Below the pieces are notes generated by a model. It worked only from the letters and a program-made list of their open reading frames with translations, searched no databases and was not told the origin of the DNA. Of a stretch of DNA of 64,000 bases, positions 1-12,436 are shown piece by piece. Each line of letters begins with the position of its first letter. Position 1 is the stretch's first letter. This DNA comes from Octopus sinensis (lineage: Eukaryota). Where the stretch lies: the NCBI RefSeq assembly GCF_006345805.1, contig NC_043006.1:3162001-3226000 (forward strand), written 5' to 3'. A program made the translations under genes and the position numbers.

Positions 1-182
1 CGGTTCATCAAAAGAGACCGATAAAATAAGTACTAGGCCAGGATGGCCGCAATCAAACGACTGAAACAAGTAAAAGAGTAAAGAGAGAGAGAGAGAGAGA
101 GTTTTGGTGAGAACCAGTTTCTAGAAGATCAAATCGAAAAAAGGTTAGTCGGAGAGTGGTTTTAATACTTTGCACGCCGTAC

Positions 183-440
183 GAGGCACGTGACCTACTG
201 GTTAGGACGCTGCATTCACGACTGCACGATCGTGGTTTCAATTCTCGAAACGGGCGGAGCAAAACAATTTCCGGAGCAAAACACTCTTTTGCCGGAACAA
301 AAACACATTTTTCGGGAGCAAAATACGTATTTTCCCGTTGTTCCGGTCCAGTCAACTGTAAATAAATAAATCTACGACGAACCGGCGTCCCATCCAGGAA
401 GGGTGCTGTGAGCTCGGTCCCTTATTCGCCATGGAAACCG
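183..440 (+). mobile_element. tRNA-derived SINE with internal ~20-bp unit expanded four times
   Basis: A-box-like TGACCTACTGG and B-box-like GTTTCAATTC head, then four CGGAGCAAAAC-like units (255-333), then a body like the SINE at 52269. Confidence 0.55.
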
Positions 441-564
441 ACGACTAGGCTCGGGATAATAACATCCCGGAAAGCTTACTTAGCTTTCCTTTTTTGTATC
501 GACTACGAGTTATATGAAGTAGAGAAAAGTAAAGTTCTTTTCGAGTTTTCCCAGTTTCCATGGC

Positions 565-757
565 ATTAGTATTCCCCAGCTAGATGGGACTCTGGTCCTT
601 GACAGAATTACTCATTTTTGTCAACTGAGTGAACTGGAGCAACGTGAAATGAAGTGTTTTGCTCAAGAACACAATGCATTGCCCGCTCCAAGGATCGAAA
701 CTGCAATCTTATGATCATGAGTCCAACACCCTAACCACTAAGCCACGCGCCTCCACC
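565..757 (-). mobile_element. tRNA-derived SINE (partial)
   Basis: Minus strand reads GTGGAGGCGCGTGGCTTAGTGGTTAGG...GTTTCGATCC followed by TGTGTTCTTGAGCAAAACACTTCATTTCAC core. Confidence 0.75.
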
Positions 758-985
758 GCGTTACATGAGTCGTTTTATTTTGTTGGGTGGTGTTTGTGCT
801 TCGTTTCTGCCGTATCCTTGATGTCGTATGTCCTAGTAATGTGGTGTCTAGTTTGTGCAGCATTGATAGGTTTCAGCTGTCAAAATATAAGCTGTCGGTG
901 CGATAGATTCAGGTAGGGATTTCGTACGAGTATCTACCGTCTCATTTGATGGTGATTGTAATTTTAAAAAATGAGGACAAGAGTA

Positions 986-1323
986 AAGACCCCCTTTGGT
1001 CATGAATGACCATGGGATTGAACCTAGAAAGTTTCTCCCCACGGCACAAATCTGGTCAAGGTTGTTTTTTTTATGGAAGACCAGCAGTCGCCCATACATA
1101 CCGGCCTCTCCTCTCCACCACGCCACCGATGTTATCCAAGGCAAAGGGGCCGACACAGCTTGGCACCTGTGACGTCGCAACTCATTTCTACAGCTGAATG
1201 AACTGGAGCCACGTGAATTAAATTGTCTTGCTCAAGAACACAACACGCAGCCCGGTCAGGGAATCGAACTCACTACCTTATGATTGTGAGCCCGACGCTC
1301 TAACCACTGAGCCATGCGCCTTC
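986..1323 (-). mobile_element. Full-length tRNA-derived SINE (same family as 49290-49628)
   Basis: Reverse complement aligns end to end with 49290-49628; A box, B box GTTCGATTCC, CORE-like central motif. Confidence 0.85.
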
Positions 1324-1654
1324 ATATGCGCTTTGGCAGTTGATCATATAAATCCTGTGTTAAGTGAACAGTGGGATTCTGTCGGGCGCTTATTGTATAG
1401 GGTAGTGGTCCTCAACCCTTTTTTGCTTGTAGAACCCTTTGGTTCCTCTTTTATTCTACCTGAAACCCACAACCATTCCATGTTTAAGAAATCCCATTTT
1501 ATTTTCATAATTAAATATTAATAGGAATCGTATTTAAAAATGTTAAAATACTGTTTGTATCATAGAAGTATAAACAATTGGTTGCACAAAAGTTTAAACG
1601 GAAAAATCCAACATGGTCCCCAGGATCATATGGATCTCGGTTGAGAACTATTGC

Positions 1655-1765
1655 TATAGAGTATGTGCTCTGTGCCTAGCAGTGCCATCTTCTGGACGTT
1701 GAACAACATTATGAGCCCCACTGTGGCTTTCTTTGATATTTGTTTTTGCATAAATAATCTTAAAA
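1655..1765 (-). mobile_element. R4/Dong-like LINE 3' fragment
   Basis: Minus strand encodes a VQKMALLGTEHIL-like C-terminus seen in the other RLE elements. Confidence 0.6.
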
Positions 1766-1792
1766 TCAAAACTAAGGCTCAAATTATTACGG

Positions 1793-1794
<2 letters not shown>

Positions 1795-1845
<51 letters not shown>

Positions 1846-1887
1846 TTTCTTTCTTTCTTTCTTTCTTCTTCTTCTTCTTCTTCTTCT

Positions 1888-1920
<33 letters not shown>

Positions 1921-1921
1921 C

Positions 1922-1966
<45 letters not shown>

Positions 1967-1996
1967 ACTACTGCTGCTGTTACTGCTGCTACTGCT
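1795..1996. repeat. Compound microsatellite (TTTC)n-(TTC)n-(TAC)n-(TGC)n
   Basis: Directly visible. Confidence 0.95.
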
Positions 1997-2690
1997 AGGC
2001 AGAATCGCTACCATGCCCGGCAAAATGCTTAGCGGCATTTCGGCCGTCTTTACGTTCTGAGTTCAAAGTCGCTGAGGTTGACTTTGCCTTTCAACCTTCT
2101 GGGATCCATAAATTAAAGTACCAGTGAAACATTGGGGTCAAAGTAATTGACTAGTCCCCTCCACCCAAAATTCCGGCCTTGTGCCTTTAGTAGAAAGGAT
2201 TATTATTATTATTATTATTACTTAAAGGCGACGAGCTGGCAGCATCGTTAGCGGCGCGTCGGACAAAATGCGTAGCGGCATTTCGTCTGGTTTTACGTTC
2301 TAAGTTCAAATTCTGCCGAAGTTGACCTTGGCATTTATCCTTTCAGGGTCGGTGAAATAAGTACCAGTTGTGCACTGCGGTCGATGTAATCGTCTACTCG
2401 CCCCCACTCCGATAAATTTCAGACCTTGTGCCTATTATTAATGTTGTTGTTCTTGATGATGATGGTATTGTTGCTGTTAGGTCGGCGACCTGGCAGAATC
2501 GGTAGCACGCCGGACAACATTTCTTCCCGTTCGACGTTCTGATTTCAAATGTCGCCAAAGTTGTCTTTACTTTTCATCTTCTCAGAGTCGATGAAATAAA
2601 TACCAGTCGAGTACTGGGGCTGATATAATCGCCAGTCCCCATCGCCCAAATCTCAGGCCTTGTGCTATTAGAAGAAAGTATTATTATTAT
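1997..2690 (+). mobile_element. Three tandem copies of the ATT-tailed tRNA-like SINE
   Basis: Repeated GGCAGAATCG...GTTCAAAT...GTCGAT...GGCCTTGTGC units, each followed by ATT-rich tail. Confidence 0.85.
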
Positions 2691-3224
2691 TATTAATGTA
2701 TTCAAACGTTTGGTGAACATTAAATGAATTAACATCACCTTCTGGCAGATCAACTCCCAAATGTTTAACCCTTCAGCTCCATCCATGCTTATTGAGCTCT
2801 GCTTTTGCAACGATAGTGTAACCTTGCCTACATTGTCTAATACGTCTTACCCTTGTATTTTATACGGAAGAGTTTCGTTGCTATTTCTAGCAAAGAGGAG
2901 AAATAATAAAGGAAGATCCATCCACCCACCGTTTCCCCAATCTACCGTAGTAGAGTTTTATGATGGACCGACCTAACTACATAAATGATAGTTATTTTGG
3001 TATATACGTAACTGGAAAAGAAAGGAGCGCTCAGAGAGGGCAGTAAGAGGAAACTCAGTGAGTCATTCCGGCTGAAGAACAACAAAAATAATTTGTATCT
3101 TGCAAGCTTTAGGTGATATCCTGTTGCCCTCGGCTATACAGAAATATTATGATAGTATTAAAAGGGTCAAGACAAAAAAAGAAAAGAAGAAAGAAAAAAC
3201 CCAAAAGAACACACCTCACTATTC

Positions 3225-3564
3225 CCCGATAAAGAGAAAAGAAACAAGAAACGGAGAAACATTCAAAATACAAAGACCTGGAAATAGAGGTAACCAGAAT
3301 GTGGAATCTAGAGACAGAAACAATTCCTATCATTGTAGGCGCATTAGGTATGATAAAAAAATATTCAGACAAGTACATAACAAATATACCAGAACTAACA
3401 AGCATACAGAAAATAGCACTACTAGGCACCGCACACATCCTACGTAAAACACTTTCAATACAGTAAAAATAAGAGCATCACAACAAACCACAGTAAATAC
3501 CAAAGGCACACAGAGCTGCGCTTAATAGTGCAGTGAAAGCACGTGATAAAGATAAAACAACTGA
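3225..3564 (+). mobile_element. R4/Dong-like LINE 3' fragment, family A
   Basis: KYKDLEIEVTRMWNLETETIPIIVGALG-like segment; 3' UTR matches 10313-10410; AAC/AAT tail. Confidence 0.85.
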
Positions 3565-3689
3565 ATAACAACAACAACAACAATAATAATGCACTCAACT
3601 ACCATGATCGGTGCAAGTGTGAAGGCAGAACAGCTACAAAAATCGGCATTGCTTGGAACTGCAAGAATTGTAAAGTGCAAGATGTAAAG

Positions 3690-4032
3690 CAAAGTCGATC
3701 TCGGCGGAATTTGAACTCAGAACGTAAAGCCGGACGAAATATCGCTAAGCCGGGCGAGCAAACGATTCTTTCAGTTTGCAGCCTTAACAACAACATCAAC
3801 AATAATGGTGTCAAATTTTGCCTCAAGGACAGTGATTTTGGGAAAGAGGATTCGTCGGTTACGTTGACCCCCGGTGTTCAACTGGTATTTATTTTATCGA
3901 CTCTAAAAGGATGAAAGACAAAGTCCACCTCGGCGAAATTTGAATTCAGAGCGTAGCGACCGCTGAAATAACGCTAAGCATTACGCTAAGCATTTCGTCC
4001 AGCGTGCTAACTATTCTGCCAGCTCGCCGCCT
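3690..4032 (-). mobile_element. Two ATT-tailed SINE copies
   Basis: Reverse complement of the 1997-2690 unit. Confidence 0.75.
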
Positions 4033-4051
4033 TAACAACAACAACAACAAC

Positions 4052-4113
<62 letters not shown>

Positions 4114-4115
<2 letters not shown>

Positions 4116-4696
4116 GCTAGGCAGTGGCTCTCATGGCTAGGCAGTGGCTCTCAGTACCAGGCAGTGGCTCTCATGGCTTCTGATCTTAACTGATTGGAAG
4201 TGTTATCATGTACATTGTTTTGTCTTGGTATAAAAGATGGGCTACAGCAAATATTCTGCTCAATACCACAGATTTGTTTGCCAGTTGTTTGACCTTAACC
4301 AGTTGAGCATGTCCCTTAGTGGCTGACGATACGTGCATCTCTGATCACGAGCAGAAGTAGTGGGGGAGCATCATAGCCATGTGTCGAGAGGGATTCTTTG
4401 GGGTTTGAATAATTCACCTCGGGAAACATGGGTGGTTCTTTCAACATCCTTAAACAACCCTTATTCAGGGACCTTTTGAGCGGGATGGGCTACTCAACCT
4501 GAAGAAAATTCTAACTGGGCCGCACCTGCAAGGTCATGTGCTGTTTATCTTGATATGAGATCACCATGTCGCGCACATATGGTTGTGATGCATGTGCCTG
4601 GTGTACCCTTATCAGACGGGTAGTCATGATGGGTATATTGGGCTTCGTATATTTTACCCCAGTGTCACTTTGATGGCATGCACTTCTCTCTCACTC
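4114..4696 (+). mobile_element. ~550-bp non-coding AAT-tailed element
   Basis: GGCAGTGGCTCTC...CTCTCTCACTC then (AAT)n; near-identical copies elsewhere in window. Confidence 0.85.
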
Positions 4697-4735
4697 AATA
4701 ATAATAATAATAATAATATAAAATAATGATAATAA

Positions 4736-4762
4736 CCCGGCAACGCCGGGTCATAGTGCTAG
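4736..4762 (+). mobile_element. Helitron-type 3' terminus
   Basis: GC hairpin CCCGGCAACGCCGGG followed 8 nt later by CTAG then T. Confidence 0.7.
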
Positions 4763-4789
4763 TGCATGCATATACAGCTACGTGCGTAC

Positions 4790-4934
4790 ATACACGCGAG
4801 TACTGTCCAAATCTCCGACCAGTCACATACAGCTAGAAAGTGCGATCCCTCTAATTGAAAAATTGTAGATTTGTATAAAGAACGCGCGCACACACACACA
4901 CAGACAGATATTTTGCCGTTTATATATAGGGAGA
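4790..4934 (-). mobile_element. Helitron-like 5' segment
   Basis: Minus strand begins A|TCTCCCTATATATAAACGGC, a TC 5' end. Confidence 0.45.
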
Positions 4935-4940
4935 TAATAA

Positions 4941-5928
4941 TATGGTAACCGTATGGACAGTAGACGAACTAAACAGCTTAGACAGAAATACAAGGAAGTT
5001 GCTGACTAGATATGGGATACTTCACCCAAGAAGTCCCTCAGACAGACTATAATGCTTCAAGAAAAAGAGGGGAAAGAGGACTGATTGGATGCAAACACAG
5101 CATTAGAGCAGAAGAAAACAACATAGCATGTTAGGTAAAAAATGCCACCGAACCACTATTATTGGACGTAAGAAGGCTAAGCTTCTGTAGGAGAATAAAT
5201 GAAACTGAAAATTGGTGGATAAAGAAAAGAATTTAATCTGTGCTGCCCAAGAGCAAGCATCAAGAACTAATTACATCAAATGCAGAATAGACAACACATC
5301 AGAAAGTGAGAAATGCAAAATTTGTGTACAAAATGGTGAAAACATATGGCATATTACTAGTCAATGTACGCCATTAGCCCAGAAGGAACATAAGGGACAT
5401 CATGACAATATAGCAAGTATTGTCCATTGGACATTTTGCAACAAGTGTGGACTTGACAGAGCCCAAAATTGGTACGACAATAAACCAGAAGGCAACATCG
5501 AAAATGATAATGCAAAGATCCTGTGGGATTGAATGATTCAGTGCGACCATGAGATAGAGAATAGGAAGCCAGACATAGTCTTAATTGAGAAAGAAAGCAA
5601 ACTATGCTGGATCATAGATATAGCATGCCTAGTTGACAAGGTATGCAATAGGGAAGAAAGAAAGGTTGATAGGTATGACAGGTTAGCTTGGGAAGTGATA
5701 GTAGTACCAATAATTGTAGGAGCCCTGGGAACAGTGAGTAAAATGTCGAGAAGTACATGGAACAAATAGGGGCTGCAATAAGGGTGAAGCACCTTCAGAA
5801 AACAGCACTGCTTGAACCGCTCAAATACTCCGGATTGTGCTCGAAAAATAAGGGGTGTTACCTTAGTTCACTGGTAGTGAACAGCTGGCACCGTAGTACA
5901 TCTCTAGAATTAGAAGCTGTGCATAGAC
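4941..5928 (+). mobile_element. R4/Dong-like LINE fragment, family B (disrupted ORF)
   Basis: HPRS..RLY..RGLIG segment; CKICVQNGENIWHITSQC (CCHC), HHD, LWD, RKPDI, IIDIA, VPIIVGALG. Confidence 0.9.
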
Positions 5929-5942
5929 AATAAATAATAATA

Positions 5943-5983
<41 letters not shown>

Positions 5984-5993
5984 GATGATGATG

Positions 5994-6037
<44 letters not shown>

Positions 6038-6038
<1 letters not shown>

Positions 6039-6543
6039 TTACGGACTTGACAGAGAAAAAACTTGGTACGACCACAAACCTGAAGGCATTGTCGAAAATA
6101 GAAATGCAAAGATCCTATGGGATTTTATGATTCAGTTCGACCATGAGATAGAGAATAGGAAGCCGGACATAGTCTTAATTGAGAAAGAAAACAAACTATG
6201 CTGGATCATAGACATGGCATGCCCAGCTGACAACAAGGTATGCGATAAGGTAGAAAGAAAAGTCGAGAGATATGACTGGTTAGCTTGGGAGGTTAAGCAG
6301 TTGTGGTCGATGAAAAAGGTAGCAGTAGTATCAATAATTGTCGGAGCCCTGGGAAAAGTGAGCAAAAATCTCGAGAAGTACGTGGAACAAATAGGGGCTG
6401 CAATAAGGGTGGAGCACTTGCAGAAAACAGCACTGTTTGGAACCGCTCGAATACTCCGGAAGGTGCTCGAAAAATAAGAGGTGTTACCTCAGTTCACTGG
6501 TCGTGAACAGCTGACACTGTAGTGTTAGAAGCTGTGCAAAGGC
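6038..6543 (+). mobile_element. R4/Dong-like LINE 3' fragment, family B
   Basis: ORF 6127-6477 with RKPDI, IIDMACP, KVERYDWL, IIVGALG, LQKTALFGTARILR; same 3' UTR as 5850-5928. Confidence 0.9.
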
Positions 6544-6559
6544 AACAACAACAACAACA

Positions 6560-7290
6560 GTCGACTACCTAATCGCTGGATGTAATGTTTTAGCACCTGT
6601 AGAGTACAAATCAAGACAGTTTGCCAATATCTACACTGGATAATGTGTCTGCATTATGAAATCAAAATTGCTGACAAATGGTTCAAGCACCACCCTGAGG
6701 CTGTAACTGAGGGAGAAAATGTAACTTCCCAGTATGTTAGGACCACACCATCAGGGCAAATAAACCAGATATTGTTATGAAAAACAAAAGCATTAAAGTC
6801 TGTTTATTGACTGACATGAGCATACCCTGTGACCATAATATCTCGGCAAAAAAATTTGATTAGCTCAGAAAATATAAAGATTTGCTAATCGAAATCGAAA
6901 AGATGTGGCATCTCAAGACGGTTACAATACCAGTGATTGCAGGAGCACTTGGAATGATCAAAAAAGGAACTGAAAATTATTTAAGAATGATCCATGGCTT
7001 ACGATCCATGCAGGGAACGCAAAGATTGTCTTAACTCGTATGTCACACGTATTGCGAAGAGCATTGTCGCTCTGAATTTCTTTCTCCCCCCCATTATTTT
7101 ATTTGTTTACTTTTCTATTTTTCAATTCTTTCCTTTTTCTCTCTGTCCTCCTCTTTTTCTCTATCATATGTCTGTAAATGAACAATCTGGTGTATTTGTT
7201 TTAATGGCCTACCAATATATACAATACGTTTCTCTGCTCTAGGTGTCAGGAAGACATTCGGCAAGAAATGGAAACAGAACTGAAAGAAGA
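6560..7290 (+). mobile_element. R4/Dong-like LINE 3' fragment, family C (degenerate)
   Basis: Aligns with 19050-19740 including 3' UTR. Confidence 0.85.
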
Positions 7291-7312
7291 TGCTAACGAA
7301 AATGATAATAAT

Positions 7313-7862
7313 TTGTCTCAGTCCTGATGCAGTACCAGGCAGTGGCTCTCGTGGCTTCTGATCTTAACTGATTGGATCTGTTATCATCTACATTGTTTTG
7401 TCTTGGTATAAAAGATGGGCTACAGCAAATATTCTGCTCAATACCACAGATTTGCTTGTCATTTCCTTGACCGTAACTAATTGAACATGTTCCTTAGTGG
7501 CTGACGATATGTGCATCTCTGATCACGAGCAGAAGTACTGGGGGAGCATCGTAGTCATGTGTTGAGAGAAATTCTTCGGAGTTTGAATAATTCACTCCTG
7601 GAAAGATGGGTGTTCAACATCCTTAAGCAACGTTTATTTATTTGAGCAAGATGGGCTACTCGACTAAAAGAAAATACTAACTGGGCCCCGCCTTTAAGGT
7701 CATGCGCTGTTTACCTTGATACGATACCACCATGTCGTGAATATTGGTTGTGATGCAAGTGCCTGGTCTACCCTTATCAGACGGGTAGTCATGATGAGTA
7801 TATTGGGCTTCGTATATTTGAACCTCAATATCACTTTGATGGCATGCATTGTTTTCTCACAC
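7313..7862 (+). mobile_element. ~550-bp non-coding AAT-tailed element (diverged copy)
   Basis: Aligns with 4150-4696. Confidence 0.85.
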
Positions 7863-7869
7863 AATGATG

Positions 7870-8080
7870 ATTTCAAATTTTGGCTCAAGGCCAACAATTG
7901 TAGAGGACTGGGTATGTCGATTACAGCAACCCCAGTGCTCAACTGGTAATTATTTTATCGACCCCAGAAGGATGAAAAGGCAAAATCGACCCCGGCGAAT
8001 TTTGAACTCAGAATGTAAAGACGGACGAAATTCTGCCAAACACTTCGCCCGGCGTTCTAGTGATTCCGCCAGCTCATCGC
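7870..8080 (-). mobile_element. ATT-tailed SINE
   Basis: Reverse complement of the 1997-2690 unit. Confidence 0.75.
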
Positions 8081-8236
8081 GTTCTTAATAAAAATAATGA
8101 TAATAGTGTCACCTCTTGGCACAAGGTCAACAATTGATGTGGGGGGGGGGTAATGATAATAACGATAATAATAATAATGATACTAATAATAATAATAATG
8201 ATAATAATAATAATAATAATAATAATAATCATCACC

Positions 8237-8531
8237 ATCACGTGACCGACCAGTCCATCAGATGTAGTTACACATCGCTGGTCACAATGCGTTCGCATTG
8301 TTTTAGCCTTCGAATGACGCCACCCCGCTGGCTAAGCGAGCAGGCCAACAGAAAAAAGAGTAGGAGAAAGAGTGGTGAAAGAGTACAGCAGGGATCACCA
8401 CCCCTGCCGGAGCCTCGTGGGCTTTTAGGTGTTTTCGCCTCAATAACACTCACAACGCCCGGTTTGGGATCGAAACCGCGATCCTACGACCGCGAGTCCG
8501 CTGCCCTAACCACTAGGCCTTGCGCCTCCAC
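8237..8531 (-). mobile_element. tRNA-derived SINE (family shared with 42866-43171 and 47927-48223)
   Basis: Minus head GTGGAGGCGCAAGGCCTAGTGGTTAGG...GGTTTCGATCCC; near-identical to 42866-43171. Confidence 0.85.
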
Positions 8532-8615
<84 letters not shown>

Positions 8616-8683
8616 TATAATAATATAATAATAATAATAAAAAATAATAATAATATAATAATAATGATACTAATAATAATAAT

Positions 8684-10406
8684 CTGATATGCTAAATAGA
8701 ACTGGATGCGGATATAAATGTTACGGCAAAACGATCAGCCACCTTTTATATATGGATGACCTAAAACTATACGCAGCAAATGACAAACAGCTGGAAACAC
8801 TATTAAAGACAGTTCATGGATTTACCAAAGAAATAGATATGAAATTTGGATTAGAAAAATGCGCCAAAGTAACCATGAAAAGAGGAAAACTAGTTAAGAG
8901 TAACAACATCACACTAGATAAAACCAATGAAATAAAAGAATTAGACCAAAGCCAAACTTACAATACTTAGGAATCCATGAACTAGATAAGAAACAATACA
9001 CACAAATGAAAGAGAAAATAAAAAAAGAATATTATAGACTAGTTAGATCAATACTAAACACAGAGCTCAATGCTAAAACAAGATAATAGGTATCAACACT
9101 TTAGCTGTCCAGTTATAAGTTACAGCTACAATATCCTTAACTGGACACGAAATGAACTGACCAAAATAGATAGGAAAACAAGAAAAATAATGACAGGATC
9201 TAGGATGCATCACCCAAAATCTGACATAGAAAGACTATATATACAACGTATAGAAGGTGGTAGAGGCCTATACAGCTGGAAAACTACTATAAAATAACCA
9301 CCATAGGACTGCAAAAATATCTACTTCAGAAGGAAGGAAAACTGATCCAGATAGCAGCAAAACACGAGCAAAACAAAAAAACTGTTAAGTATTTAAGGAA
9401 GCTGACAAATACAAACAAGAAATCATGCCACCTAATAAACAAGAAGAAGAAGAAGAAGAAGAAGATGAAGAGAAAAAACAAAAGCTATAAAACAAATGAA
9501 ATCCAAACTAAAAATAGAACAGCAACGAACCATGATAAAACGATGGCAAGAAAAGCCCCTTCATGGTAAATACTGGACTAAACTAAACGCAAAAGAAATA
9601 GACAAGGAAAAATCCCAGCAATGGTTGAGAAGCTCAGGACTCAAAGCAGAAACAGAGGGATTTTTAATTGCAGCACAAGACCAAAGCCTCCCCACCAGAA
9701 ATTACCGAAAACATGTAATGAAAAGAAATATTGCAAGTAACTGCAGAATATGTGGAGATGGACAAGAAACAATAAATCATATTATCTCTAGCTGCCCAGT
9801 CCTGGCTAAGAAGGAATATATTCACAGACATGACAGAGTTGGAACCTACATACATTGGAAGCTATGCCAACATTATGGAATAACAACAGAAAAAAGATGG
9901 TATAGGCACACACCAGAAAAGGTCACAGAAAACGAGAAAGCAACCATACTCTGGGATATGCCGATACACACAGATAGAGAAATTAAGGCCAACAGACCAG
10001 ATATAGTTGTCAGAGACCATGAAGAAAAAAAAATGCTTTCTAATTGATGTATCAATACCGGCTGATGACAACGTGTCTCTAAAAGAAATGGAGAAACTCT
10101 CAAAATACAAAGACCTGGAAATTGAGGTAACTAGAATGTGGAATCTGAAAACAGAAACAATTCCTATCATAGTAGGTGCATTAGGCATGATAAAAAAATA
10201 TTCAGACAAATACATAACAAAAACACCAGGACTTACAAACACATATAACATACAGAAAATTGCACTACTAGGCACTACACACATCCTACGCAGAACACTT
10301 TCCATACAATAACCATCAGAGCATCACAACACATCACAGCACATACCCAAGGCACACAGAGCTGCGCTCGGTAGTGAAGTGAAAGCACGCTATAAAAATA
10401 AAACTA

Positions 10407-10410
<4 letters not shown>
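8684..10410 (+). mobile_element. 5'-truncated R4/Dong-like non-LTR retrotransposon, family A (RT C-half + CCHC + RLE, frameshifted)
   Basis: HLLYMDDLKL (YMDD at 8749-8760), KFGLEKC, HHPKSDIERLY..EGGRGL, CRICGDGQETINHIISSC, RHD, NRPDI, LIDVSIP, KLSKYKDLEIE; (AAT)n on both sides. Confidence 0.93.
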
Positions 10411-10461
<51 letters not shown>

Positions 10462-10476
10462 GTAATAATAATAATA

Positions 10477-11090
10477 GTACCATGTCCTGATGCAGTACCA
10501 ATGCCCTGATGCAGTATAAATGCCCTGATGCAGTACCAATGCCCTGATGCAGTACCAGGCAGTGGCTCTCGTGGCTTCTGATCTTAACTGATTGGAAGTG
10601 TTATCATCTACATTGTTTTGTCTTGGTATAAAAGATGAGCTACAGTAAATATTCTGCTCAATACCACAGATTTGCTTGTCATTTGTTTGACCTTAACTAG
10701 TTGAGCATGTCCCTTAGTGGCTGACGATATGTGCATCTCTGATCACGAGCAGAAGTAGTGGGGGAGCATCATAGCCATGTTGAGAGGAATTCTTTGGGGT
10801 TTGAATTAATCACCTCTGGAAACATGGGTGTTCGTTCAACATCCTTAACCAACCCTTATTCAGGAACCTTTTGAGTGGGATGGGTTACTCGACGACAAGA
10901 AAATTCTAACTGGGCCGCACCTGCAAGGTCATGCGCTGTTATCTTGGTATGAGATAACCATATCGCGCACATATGGTTGTGATGCATGTGCTCAGTGTAT
11001 CCTTATCAGACGGGTAGTCATGATGGGTATACTGGGCTTCGTATATTTTACCCCAGTGTCACTTTGTTGGCATGCACTGCTCCCTCACTC
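10477..11090 (+). mobile_element. ~550-bp non-coding AAT-tailed element with 5' 20-bp reiterations
   Basis: Four ATG(C/T)CCTGATGCAGTA(CC/TA)A units precede the shared body. Confidence 0.88.
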
Positions 11091-11129
<39 letters not shown>

Positions 11130-11680
11130 GATGATGCAGTACCAAACAGTGGCTCTCCTCACTTCTGATCTTAACTGATTGGAAGTATTATCACATACAT
11201 TGTTTTGTCTTGGTATAAAAGATGGGCTACAGTAAATATTCTGCTCAATACCACAGATTTGCTTGTCATTTGTTTGACCTTAACTAGTTGAGCATGTCCC
11301 TTAGTGGCTGACGATATGTGCATCTCTGATCACGAGCAGAAGTAGTGGGGGAGCATCATAGCCATGTTTGAGAGGAATTCTTTGGGGTTTGAATTAATCA
11401 CCTCTGGAAACATGGGTGTTTCGTTCAACATCCTTAACCAACCCTTATTCAGGAACCTTTTGAGTGGGATGGGTTACTCGACGACAAGAAAATTCTAACT
11501 GGGCCGCACCTGCAAGGTCATGCGCTGTTTATCTTGGTATGAGATAACCATATCGCGCACATATGGTTGTGATGCATGTGCTCAGTGTATCCTTATCAGA
11601 CGGGTAGTCATGATGGGTATACTGGGCTTCGTATATTTTACCCCAGTGTCACTTTGTTGGCATGCACTGCTCCCTCACTC
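11130..11680 (+). mobile_element. ~550-bp non-coding AAT-tailed element (tandem partner of 10477-11090)
   Basis: Shares private variants with the preceding copy. Confidence 0.88.
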
Positions 11681-11726
<46 letters not shown>

Positions 11727-12436
11727 TAATAATAATAGTAGCTTAATGTGTCGATCTGTTGACACTAGGCCACTCGGCTGTTTTTTCAAGAGTGCTTATA
11801 TGTTTTTACAATCAATTGAATAGTGACTAGCTATCAACAGGCTCTTAGTTTATTGGTCATGTTTTATTGCAATAATTCCTGAGATGAGGTTAGATTTCAG
11901 AAATACGATGAGCGTTAAGTGTTATCTTCGATTGGACAATAGATAACACTCCATCGCGATGTGACTCCTATTTCCTGCCGCAGGTCAATTCACTATGATG
12001 CAATATCTTAAGAGCATTGAAGAGAAGTGCAACAAAATGCTTGCAGTGGATCTGGGATCATGAGTCAGATATAAATCATACGATGGTTGTCTTACAAGGG
12101 ATCCACTTAGCTATTTGACATCAGATCCTGTACAACCCTGAGAAGAACTCGTAATTAGCATTAATCCCACAAGTGTTTGACCTAAAATTAACTTTCACTA
12201 AAATAACTCTGATAAAAAAATGAAGCATAATAATAAACGAAAAAAGAAAATAGAAAAACATTGTGAAACCTTTGACGACGGAAACGACCCAAACAACAGA
12301 TGTATATATCTACAAAACAATTGCATTAACTATAATCGGAGTATATGAGTTTCTTATTTATTTTTATCGTACACCATCTTGAACATAGTCATCTGAAAAA
12401 TTGCCGGCGTGATACATAATATCGCATTTGAATATA

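Noticed and set aside
10062-10090. CTGATGA motifs at 10062, 20775 and 29483 as hammerheads
   Set aside because: They lie in LINE coding sequence (PADDN / SDEN) without stems or a correctly placed GAAA
9496-10312. Host gene or intact retrotransposon ORF
   Set aside because: Part of a 5'-truncated LINE with several frameshifts; no complete RT
10490-10560. CRISPR-like array
   Set aside because: Contiguous 20-bp tandem units with no spacers, in eukaryotic context
11970-12065. Exon after an acceptor-like TTTCCTGCCGCAG
   Set aside because: All frames stop within 27 codons and there is no recognisable peptide
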